Origin: an uncultured Gammaproteobacteria bacterium
GTDB taxonomy: Bacteria > Pseudomonadota > Gammaproteobacteria > Pseudomonadales > Pseudohongiellaceae
DNA length: 64,000 nucleotides
Direction: 5' to 3'
Assembly: GCA_913058135.1 (NCBI GenBank)
Contig: CAJXPR010000002.1
Location: 12,119 to 76,118, forward strand
Part shown: piece by piece, positions 55,951 to 63,163 of the stretch
How positions within the stretch are numbered: position 1 is the first letter of the stretch
Layout: the number at the start of each line of letters is the position of its first letter
Program-made: the position numbers and the translations under genes
The notes under the pieces: model-generated
Database searches by the model: none
Told to the model about the DNA's origin: nothing
Seen by the model: only the letters and a program-made list of their open reading frames with translations

Positions 55951-55975
55951 GTGTATTTGCCTGAGGCAAATACAC
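55951..55975. repeat. Perfect 11-bp-stem hairpin GTGTATTTGCC-tga-GGCAAATACAC
   Basis: Read directly from the sequence. It lies between the decayed tRNA-end copy and repeat copy B. Confidence 0.85.
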
Positions 55976-56001
55976 TCACCCCGTTGGGGCGGCTTGGCAG
56001 C

Positions 56002-56032
56002 CGTCCTGATTGCGATGCAATCAGTCGAACAT
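56002..56032 (+). repeat. Copy B of the palindromic-core repeat
   Basis: cgtcctgattgcgatgcaatcagtcgaacat. See copy A at 53919..53949. Confidence 0.9.
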
Positions 56033-56052
56033 GAGCATGTCGGATTGTAGAC

Positions 56053-56119
56053 GGGTGCACCATACAGACACAAAAAAGCCTGCGCTAGGCAGGCTTTTTT
56101 GTGTCTGTATGGTGCACCC
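56053..56119. repeat. Perfect 31-bp inverted repeat (5-nt loop) whose right arm includes the 3' acceptor end of tRNA-Arg
   Basis: Left arm 56053-83 gggtgcaccatacagacacaaaaaagcctgc, loop gctag, right arm 56089-119 is the exact reverse complement. Positions 56110-19 are the tRNA 3' end (GGGTGCACCA). Confidence 0.95.
56072..56100. terminator. Bidirectional rho-independent terminator (tRNA-Arg terminator)
   Basis: AAAAAA-GCCTGC-gctag-GCAGGC-TTTTTT is symmetric, so a U-tract follows the hairpin on either strand. Confidence 0.75.
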
Positions 56120-56186
56120 GGCATGATTCGAACATGCGACCCCCTGATTCGTAGTCAGGTACTCTATCCAGCTGAGCTACGGGTGC
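56110..56186 (-). tRNA. tRNA-Arg (anticodon ACG), 77 nt, CCA encoded
   Basis: GCACCCGTAGCTCAGCTGGATAGAGTACCTGACTACGAATCAGGGGGTCGCATGTTCGAATCATGCCGGGTGCACCA. Acceptor 7 bp, anticodon arm CCTGA-CTACGAA-TCAGG, T-arm GCATG-TTCGAAT-CATGC. Close to E. coli tRNA-Arg(ACG). Confidence 0.95.
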
Positions 56187-56199
56187 GAAAGAGGTGCGT

Positions 56200-56226
56200 A
56201 TTATATATAAATCGCGGGATTTTCAA
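56200..56226 (-). promoter_or_regulatory. Promoter candidate for tRNA-Arg
   Basis: On the minus strand, TTGAAA (56226-21), 15-nt spacer, TATAAT (56205-00), about 13 nt upstream of the mature 5' end. The spacer is shorter than optimal. Confidence 0.35.
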
Positions 56227-56333
56227 AGCCCTTTTTGCCCTCTGTGCACTATTTTTTGACAGTTTTCCTGTTGAGCAGCGGCCATGGTAAGATTGAGGGT
56301 CAAATACACTGTGGTTGAGTCAGGAATACACCC

Positions 56334-56759
56334 ATGAAAATTTTACGATCTCTCAGTACCTTGGCCCTTGGCGGGCTGCTGGCGGTTGCCACGCCGGCAT
56401 TCGCCGACTATGCCACGGGCATTGCTGCCTATGATGCGGGCAATTACGAGCAGGCGTTGCTGGCGTTTGAGGTGGATGCCAATAATGGCCACGCGCGCGC
56501 TCAGGAGCGTCTGGGCAATATGTATCGTACCGGCCAGGGCACACGACCAGACCCGGTGCTGGCCATCAAGTGGCTGACACTGGCCTATACCAATGGTTTG
56601 CGCTCGACCCTGCCGGTGCTGGAAACCCTGCGTGAGAGCATCACCGAGGCACAGCTGGTCGAAGGCGAGCAGCTGGCTCTGAGCTGGCTGGAAGATGCCA
56701 ACCGTATCGTGTTCGCAGATGATGACACGGACGCTCTGTACGACGCTCAGGGATTCTGA
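56334..56759 (+). CDS. Exported Sel1-like repeat (SLR/TPR) protein 1
   Basis: Signal peptide ...AVATPAFA|DY. SLR unit GHARAQERLGNMYRTGQGTRPDPVLAIKWLTLA. Confidence 0.8.
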   Translation: MKILRSLSTLALGGLLAVATPAFADYATGIAAYDAGNYEQALLAFEVDANNGHARAQERLGNMYRTGQGTRPDPVLAIKWLTLAYTNGLRSTLPVLETLRESITEAQLVEGEQLALSWLEDANRIVFADDDTDALYDAQGF

Positions 56760-57365
56760 ATGCACGCTGGCCGCAGGTATGCGCTCGGTTGCGGGCTGGC
56801 GCTGATCACGGTCCTGTCACTGGCCATGCCGGCGATGGCTGCTGAAACAGCGCCAGAAACGTTGGCATCACTGACTCTGCAGGCAGAAAACGGTGATCCG
56901 GACGCCCAGTTCTCACTGGGTAACCGTTACCTCAATGGTGAAGGCGTCGATCTGGACAATTTTGCAGCGCTGCGCTGGTTCACCCTGGCCGCAGAAAGCG
57001 GCAATGCCAACGCCCAGTACAATATCGCGGTGATGTACCTCAACGGTATCGGCGTGATCAAGGACCCGGCGCAGGCAGTCACCTGGTTTGTGCGCGCCGC
57101 GGAAAATGGCGACGCACCTTCGCAATACACCCTCGCGGTGCTGCTGTTCAACGGCCAGTTGGGCGTACCGCAGAATATACCGCAGGCCTACAAGTGGTTT
57201 ACCCTGGCCGGGGCCGCCGGACATAAGGCTGCCGCCGCCAACGCGGTGCTGGTACAGGAACTGCTGCCAGCCAATGAAGTTGTTGCCATGCAAACCGAAG
57301 CCCAGCAGTGGATCGATAAATTCAGGCAACGACAAACCGACACCCATTCCCCAGAGACACCATGA
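56760..57365 (+). CDS. Exported Sel1-like repeat protein 2
   Basis: Signal peptide ...LSLAMPAMA|AE. Four SLR units, e.g. GDPDAQFSLGNRYLNGEGVDLDNFAALRWFTLAAESG. Starts at TGAATG. Confidence 0.85.
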   Translation: MHAGRRYALGCGLALITVLSLAMPAMAAETAPETLASLTLQAENGDPDAQFSLGNRYLNGEGVDLDNFAALRWFTLAAESGNANAQYNIAVMYLNGIGVIKDPAQAVTWFVRAAENGDAPSQYTLAVLLFNGQLGVPQNIPQAYKWFTLAGAAGHKAAAANAVLVQELLPANEVVAMQTEAQQWIDKFRQRQTDTHSPETP

Positions 57366-58057
57366 CCCGTTTCCGACTAGCTGACAAACTGCATGCCACC
57401 GGCCTTCTGCTGGCCCTGTTATGGGTCATCGCCCTGCCCGTCCAGGCACAGATCACCATCGCCGACGATGACACCGAACTGCCGGACTACACGGAATACT
57501 ACGCGGCAGTAGAAGCCATGGAAGCCGGTGACTATGAGACCGCTCTGGTTGAGTTCAGGCGCGCGGCCGAAGAAGGCCTGCATCTGGCGCAATACAACCT
57601 TGGAGTGATGTACTACACCGGCCAGGGGGTGGAGCAGAGCTACGAGAATGCCTTCCATTGGCTGTCGCAGGCAGCGGATCAGGGGCACCTGAACTCGATG
57701 TTTAATCTGGCCACGATGTATTACAACGGTCAGGGCGTCAATTCAGCGCTGATGCAGATCTGGCCGCTGTCGCTGATCAGTCGCCGGCAGAATCTGCAGG
57801 ACGCTGCCAGCTGGTATCAGGAAGCGGCGGAGTACGAACATGCCGGCGCGCAATACAACCTGGCGACCATGTACGAGGCTGGTGAGGGCGTAGAGCAGGA
57901 CCTGATCCGGGCCTATGTGTGGGCACGCCTGGCACGCGATAATGAAGCCAGCGGCGCGGTCGCACTGGTCAACCGCATCCAGTCGGCCATGACGCCGGCC
58001 GAGCTGGAACAGGCACAACGTGACTACGCTCAATGGGTGCTCAGTTTCCGCAACTGA
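57362..58057 (+). CDS. Exported Sel1-like repeat protein 3
   Basis: Signal peptide ...VIALPVQA|QI. SLR units, e.g. GLHLAQYNLGVMYYTGQGVEQSYENAFHWLSQAADQG. ATGA overlap with gene 2. Confidence 0.85.
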   Translation: MTRFRLADKLHATGLLLALLWVIALPVQAQITIADDDTELPDYTEYYAAVEAMEAGDYETALVEFRRAAEEGLHLAQYNLGVMYYTGQGVEQSYENAFHWLSQAADQGHLNSMFNLATMYYNGQGVNSALMQIWPLSLISRRQNLQDAASWYQEAAEYEHAGAQYNLATMYEAGEGVEQDLIRAYVWARLARDNEASGAVALVNRIQSAMTPAELEQAQRDYAQWVLSFRN

Positions 58058-58133
58058 ACCGCGGTTCTTGAGTCTGTCGAGAATGTCGGGAGTGTAGAGA
58101 GTGTAAAGAGAGATCGTCGAGGTAGCAGGAGAT

Positions 58134-58556
58134 CTACAGCGTTTCCGCCGCAATGGTCTTGATACGGGCCACCATCGCCTGCAGGCCACTGCCCCGGGTC
58201 GGGCTCAGATGCCGCATAAGGTCCAGCTCGCCAAAGTAGGCTTCAATATCAAAGTCCAGTATCTGCTGCGGATTTTTGCCGTTGTAGGCCGCCAGCACGA
58301 CGCCCAGCAGGCCTTTGACGATAAAGGCATCACTGTCCACCTGAAAGTACAGGCGTCCATCGCGACGCTCGCTGGCCAGCCACACTTTGCTCTGACAGCC
58401 ACGCACGATGTTCTCGTCGATGTGCTCGCTCTCGGCCAGTGGCGGCAACTCCTTGCCCAGATCGATGATGTACTTGTAGCGGTCATCCCAACTGTCGAAA
58501 AACGCCAGCGTCTCAACAATGTCGTCAGTGGTGATGTCAGTGCCAAACTCTTTCAT
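58134..58556 (-). CDS. sufE: Cysteine desulfuration protein SufE
   Basis: DRYKYIIDLGKELP...VRGCQSKVWL, with the persulfide-acceptor Cys in the SufE context. Confidence 0.9.
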   Translation of the reverse strand: MKEFGTDITTDDIVETLAFFDSWDDRYKYIIDLGKELPPLAESEHIDENIVRGCQSKVWLASERRDGRLYFQVDSDAFIVKGLLGVVLAAYNGKNPQQILDFDIEAYFGELDLMRHLSPTRGSGLQAMVARIKTIAAETL

Positions 58557-58681
58557 GACGTCCTCAATTTACGAAAAGGCCACTGAAAAACGTTATCGAG
58601 GCAATGGCAACGCACGACTGCATGGATGCAGGAGGTAGAGCGACGCAGGAAGCCAAAGCCGAGATAGTTTTTCAATGGCCT

Positions 58682-59215
58682 TTAAAAAAACATGCCGGTT
58701 TCAAGCTGAGCCTCTTCGCTCATCATATCGCGGCTCCACGGCGGATCGAATACCAGATCCACATTCACCTGGGAGACATTGGGCACTTTGCGCACGCGAT
58801 ATTCCACATCACCCACCAGCACCGGGCCCATACCGCAGCCCGGAGCAGTCAGTGTCATATCGATATTGACGGTCTTGTTGTCCTGGTCAACAGCGACTTT
58901 ATAGATCAGCCCCAGATTGACCAGATCCACCGGGATCTCCGGATCAAACACCGTGCCCAGAGCTTCCCAGACCTGTTCTTCATGGATGCGGTCGTCGGTT
59001 GCAGGTGGAAAGCTCAGAGTCTCGGGTTTTAACCCAAGAATGCCGGCATCGGTGCCGTCGACTCGCAACATCTGTCCGTTATGCACCACGGTATAGTTAC
59101 CGCCCAGTGCCTGCGTGATGCTGACAAAACTGTCCTTGGGAATGGTGATGGGCGTGCCGTCCGGGACGCGTCGTGCCGGACAATCCGCTTGCGCTACAAC
59201 CATCTGTCGCTGCAT
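58682..59215 (-). CDS. sufT: Fe-S assembly protein SufT (long DUF59/MIP18-type)
   Basis: VWEALGTVFDPEIPVDLVNLGLIY...TLTAPGCGMGP is the DUF59 core with an N-terminal extension, located within the suf operon. Confidence 0.8.
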   Translation of the reverse strand: MQRQMVVAQADCPARRVPDGTPITIPKDSFVSITQALGGNYTVVHNGQMLRVDGTDAGILGLKPETLSFPPATDDRIHEEQVWEALGTVFDPEIPVDLVNLGLIYKVAVDQDNKTVNIDMTLTAPGCGMGPVLVGDVEYRVRKVPNVSQVNVDLVFDPPWSRDMMSEEAQLETGMFF

Positions 59216-59254
59216 GTTCTCTACTCTTGACTCGGAGTCTTTGGGTGCGGCCGC

Positions 59255-59638
59255 TCAGGCCACACTGAAACTTTCACCGCAGCCACAATGATCCTTGGCG
59301 TTGGGGTTCTGGAAACGAAGCTGGCGGTTGACCCCTTCGGTGACGATATCTATTTGTGTGCCACTGACCACACCCAGACTGCCGCGATCGATCATCAAGT
59401 CCACACCTTCATCCAGGGTCTGGCGGATGTCATCAGCGTTCAATTCAGGTACCAGGTCAACCACATACATGAAACCGGTGCAGCCGCTTTCCTTGACGCT
59501 CAGGCGGACGGCCTGAGCGTGCTGGTCCTTTTGCAGCTGCCGGCGAAAATGTTCTACTGCCGCCGGGCTAACTGTCACTGGGGCTTCTGCCACCCGCGTG
59601 GTGGCAGCAGTACGCGGATCAAACGTTTCTACAGCCAT
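59255..59638 (-). CDS. sufA: A-type Fe-S carrier (SufA/IscA family)
   Basis: VRLSVKESGCTGFMY...CGCGESFSV has the three conserved Cys. ATG at 59638. Confidence 0.85.
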   Translation of the reverse strand: MAVETFDPRTAATTRVAEAPVTVSPAAVEHFRRQLQKDQHAQAVRLSVKESGCTGFMYVVDLVPELNADDIRQTLDEGVDLMIDRGSLGVVSGTQIDIVTEGVNRQLRFQNPNAKDHCGCGESFSVA

Positions 59639-59681
59639 GGTTCTACCCTCTTTATAATCTCGATCGTCTGCTGCATACGCA

Positions 59682-60968
59682 CTACAGCAACATGCCCCGG
59701 GCTTTGTCCAGGGCCGCGAACAGCCGATCAACATCCTCGAATGTATTGTAAATACTGAAACTGGCCCGCACTGTGCCGGGCAGCTGATACTGGTCCATCA
59801 ACGGCTGTGCGCAATGGTGTCCGGTGCGCACCGCAATACCCTGCTGGTCCATCAGCATGCCGATGTCCGAGGGGTGTGCACCGTCAAGAACAAAACTCAA
59901 TACTGCCACCTTGTTGGCGGCGGTGCCTATCAAACGCAAACCGGGCACCTGCAGCGCCTTGTCGCGGGCGTAGGCCAGCAATGCGTCCTCGTGCGCGGCG
60001 GCGGCGGCGCGGTCCAGCGCATTGACATAATCAATGGCAGCCCCCAGGCCAATGGCCCCGGCGATATCGGGTGTGCCGGCTTCAAATTTGTAGGGCAGCT
60101 GATTGTAGGTGGTGCCGGCAAAACTGACGGTTTCTATCATTTCACCACCGCCCTGATAGGGCGGCATGGCATCAAGCAGTTCGCGGCGGCCATACAACAC
60201 GCCGATACCTGTGGGGCCAAACAGCTTGTGGCCGGAGAAGGTATAAAAATCGCAGTCCAGTGCCTGTACGTCAATCGGCCAGTGCGAGATCGCCTGCGCG
60301 CCATCCACCAGCACCAGAGCGCCGGCATCATGCGCCAGCCTGATCATCTCCGCCACCGGGTTGATCGACCCCAGCGCATTGGAAACATGGTTGACCGACA
60401 CCATGCGCACATGGCTGTCGAGCATTCCGGCAAAGGCCTGCAGGTCCAGGGTGCCGGTGTCATCTACCGGAATGACCTCCACCCGCGCACCGGTTTTTTC
60501 TGCAACGATCTGCCAGGGCACGATATTCGAGTGATGCTCCATGGCCGACACCAGCACACGGTCACCGGGCTGCAGATTGGCGCCGCCCCAACTGGCTGCG
60601 ACCAGATTGATGGCCTCAGTGGTGCCGCGCGTCCAGATGATCTGCGCGGCGGTCGGGGCATTAATAAAATCTGCCACTTTCTGGCGAGCCGATTCAAATT
60701 TTGCCGTGGCGCGGTCGCTCAGCGTATGGGCGCCACGATGCACATTACTGTTGTCATGGCAGTAATAGTCACTGATGGCGTCGATCACCGCCCGTGGCTT
60801 TTGTGTAGTGGCCGCGTTGTCCAGATAGACCAGTGGATGGCCGTTAACCTGCTGTTGCAGGATCGGGAAATCCGCGCGCACACGCTCGACATCAAACCCC
60901 GTACTGGCGGCGGCAACTGTGTTCTGCTTGTTTGATATGCTGGCTCCGCCCACGTCAGGCACGCTCAT
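59682..60968 (-). CDS. sufS: Cysteine desulfurase SufS (class II)
   Basis: FPILQQQVNGHPLVYLDNAATTQKP, SGHKLFGPTGIG (PLP Lys), RTGHHCAQP (active Cys). The ATG at 60968 overlaps the sufD end by 14 nt. Confidence 0.9.
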   Translation of the reverse strand: MSVPDVGGASISNKQNTVAAASTGFDVERVRADFPILQQQVNGHPLVYLDNAATTQKPRAVIDAISDYYCHDNSNVHRGAHTLSDRATAKFESARQKVADFINAPTAAQIIWTRGTTEAINLVAASWGGANLQPGDRVLVSAMEHHSNIVPWQIVAEKTGARVEVIPVDDTGTLDLQAFAGMLDSHVRMVSVNHVSNALGSINPVAEMIRLAHDAGALVLVDGAQAISHWPIDVQALDCDFYTFSGHKLFGPTGIGVLYGRRELLDAMPPYQGGGEMIETVSFAGTTYNQLPYKFEAGTPDIAGAIGLGAAIDYVNALDRAAAAAHEDALLAYARDKALQVPGLRLIGTAANKVAVLSFVLDGAHPSDIGMLMDQQGIAVRTGHHCAQPLMDQYQLPGTVRASFSIYNTFEDVDRLFAALDKARGMLL

Positions 60969-62397
60969 CGTCAGTAGCAGGGTGGCCGCTGTAACCAACA
61001 TCACTGACCAGCGCACGGTCGGCGGCAAACAGAGCGCTCAGGTGCGTGCTCAGGGCCGTTCTGACCTCTTCATGCGGCAACCCCTGCAACAATTCGTTGA
61101 TAAAGCCGAAGCTGAGCATGACCCGAGCCTGGGACGGACTGATGCCACGACTTTGCAGATAATACAGCGCGGTTTCATCCAGCTGACTGATGGTTGCACC
61201 GTGTGCGCAGCGTACGTCGTCGGCGTAAATCTCCAGCTCCGGTTTGGTGTCAATCTCGGCAGCATTGGAGGTCAGCAGGTTGCGATTGTTCAATTCTGCC
61301 AATGTTTTCTGCGCATCCTTGTGGATATGGATTCGCCCGTTAAATACCGCCTTGGCACGATCGCCAATAATGCCACGAAACACCTCTTTGCTGGTGCAAT
61401 GTGGCACGCGGTGCTCGATGGTGGTGTGATAATCCACCAGCTGCCGGTGACGGGCCAGGTAAACGCCGTCCAGTTTCAGGTCGGCGCCAGGACCACAGTG
61501 ATTCATCTGGTAATCAATGCGCTTCAGGCGACTGCCTTCGGCGATAGTGAAACCGTGGAAACGCGAATCGCGATGCAGGTTCAGATGCACCGCACCAACG
61601 TGCGACAAGGCTTCGTCTTCCATGTTCAGACGTGTGTGATGCAACTGCGCATTGTTACCAAGCTGGATTTCGGTCAGTGCATTAACGAACGCAGGCTGGC
61701 CGGAATCGCTGCCGACAAAGTGTTCAATCACCTGGGCGCTGCTGCCCTCGTCCATGACAATCAATACACGATGATTGGCCACCGTGGCAGCGGGTTCAGC
61801 CTGATCGCCCGCCCCGGATGAGACATGGGCAATGTACAGAGGTTTTTCCAGGGTCACGCCGCGCGGCACGTGCAGCAGCAGGCCATCGCAGGTCCAGGCA
61901 TTGTTGAGCATGGCAAACAGGTTTCGACGCGGCGCATCGACACTGCCGGCGATTTTGCCCAGATGGTCGGCAATAATTTTGCCAGTGGCGGCGTCTGCCT
62001 GACTGAACAATGTCACGCCCGCCGGCAATGCATCAGAAGCCAACATATCCAGCACACCGTCTACAAACACCAGACGGGTAGCAGCCATGGACAACACCGT
62101 GCTGCCCATGGCCGTCGTGTATGGTCCTGCCTGTGTTGTCAACTCTGCCGCAACCTCAGGCGCTGCGGCCCATTCTGCGTTAACAAAATCCTGAAACGCC
62201 TGCAGGCTGGTGTATTTCCACTGCTCGGTCTTGCGACCAGGCCAAGCGGTACGGGCAAAGTCAGTAGCGCCCTGCTCGCGCAGGGCTGTCATCCACAATG
62301 GACTATTGTCTTGCTGGGCCAGGGCTGCCGATTGCGCAGCCGCCAGCGCCAGGGCGTGCTGATGAAAATCAGCCGCTGGTGTCACACTCGTGGTCAT
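60955..62397 (-). CDS. sufD: Fe-S cluster assembly protein SufD
   Basis: The C-terminal beta-helix block (...DTKPELEIYADDVRCAHGATISQLDE...) is SufB/D family. Its position between sufC and sufS identifies it as sufD. ATG at 62397 (TGATATG after sufC). Confidence 0.85.
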   Translation of the reverse strand: MTTSVTPAADFHQHALALAAAQSAALAQQDNSPLWMTALREQGATDFARTAWPGRKTEQWKYTSLQAFQDFVNAEWAAAPEVAAELTTQAGPYTTAMGSTVLSMAATRLVFVDGVLDMLASDALPAGVTLFSQADAATGKIIADHLGKIAGSVDAPRRNLFAMLNNAWTCDGLLLHVPRGVTLEKPLYIAHVSSGAGDQAEPAATVANHRVLIVMDEGSSAQVIEHFVGSDSGQPAFVNALTEIQLGNNAQLHHTRLNMEDEALSHVGAVHLNLHRDSRFHGFTIAEGSRLKRIDYQMNHCGPGADLKLDGVYLARHRQLVDYHTTIEHRVPHCTSKEVFRGIIGDRAKAVFNGRIHIHKDAQKTLAELNNRNLLTSNAAEIDTKPELEIYADDVRCAHGATISQLDETALYYLQSRGISPSQARVMLSFGFINELLQGLPHEEVRTALSTHLSALFAADRALVSDVGYSGHPATDDERA

Positions 62398-62398
62398 A

Positions 62399-63148
62399 TC
62401 AGGCGACCTCGCTTTCCAGCCAGCCGTACCCTTTGGCTTCCAGTTCCCTGGCCAGTTCCTTGTCACCGCTTTTGACGATCTTGCCTCCGGCCAGTACGTG
62501 CACGTAATCGGGCACAATAAAGTCCAGCAGGCGTTGATAGTGGGTCACCACAATAAAGCTGCGTTCGCTGTTGCGCATGGCATTGACGCCGCTGGCAACC
62601 ACCTGCAGGGCATCAATATCGAGACCGGAGTCGGTCTCGTCCAGAATACACAGGCTGGGTTCCAGCAACATCATCTGCATGATCTCGTTGCGTTTCTTTT
62701 CCCCGCCGGAAAAGCCTTCATTGACGCCGCGCTTCAGAAAAGAAGGGTCAAGACTCACTTTGCTGCTGGTATCACGCGCCAGCTTCATGAAATCAAACGA
62801 TGACAGCTCCTCCAGTCCCAGATGTTTGCGCCGGGCATCCACTGCTGCCTTGAGAAATTCCATATTGCTGACGCCGGGAATTTCCACCGGGTACTGAAAC
62901 GCCAGAAACATCCCTTCGCGGGCACGTTCCTCAATGCCCATGTCGTGCAGATTCTTGCCATTGAAGGTGATTTCGCCGGACAGCACTTCATAACCATCGC
63001 GTCCGGTCAGCACATTACCCAGCGTACTTTTACCCGAGCCATTGGGTCCCATGATGGCATGGACTTCACCTGGCTTGATGGTCAGGCTCAGGTCATGAAG
63101 AATCTGTTTGCCCTCAACCTGGGCGTTGAGCTTGTTAATCTCGAGCAT
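62399..63148 (-). CDS. sufC: Fe-S cluster assembly ATPase SufC
   Basis: GPNGSGKSTL, the LNEGFSGGEKKR-type signature (VNEGFSGGEKKR), and ILDETDSGLD. Confidence 0.95.
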   Translation of the reverse strand: MLEINKLNAQVEGKQILHDLSLTIKPGEVHAIMGPNGSGKSTLGNVLTGRDGYEVLSGEITFNGKNLHDMGIEERAREGMFLAFQYPVEIPGVSNMEFLKAAVDARRKHLGLEELSSFDFMKLARDTSSKVSLDPSFLKRGVNEGFSGGEKKRNEIMQMMLLEPSLCILDETDSGLDIDALQVVASGVNAMRNSERSFIVVTHYQRLLDFIVPDYVHVLAGGKIVKSGDKELARELEAKGYGWLESEVA

Positions 63149-63163
63149 AATTCGTTTTCCGTT

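Noticed and set aside
53850-56190. Calling the tRNA-proximal segment an intact genomic island or prophage
   Set aside because: No integrase, excisionase, transposase or phage gene is present, and the segment is only about 2 kb. It is reported as an eroded islet or scar instead.
59814-60935. 373-aa plus-strand ORF, and similar long antisense ORFs (46994..48175, 60919..61821, 20094..20723, 8233..8691)
   Set aside because: These lie antisense to strongly supported genes (sufS, the FAD/Fe-S oxidase, sufD, pycB, the TonB receptor). Their composition is Arg/Gly/His/Gln-rich with no motifs. They are the shadow ORFs typical of GC-rich coding DNA.
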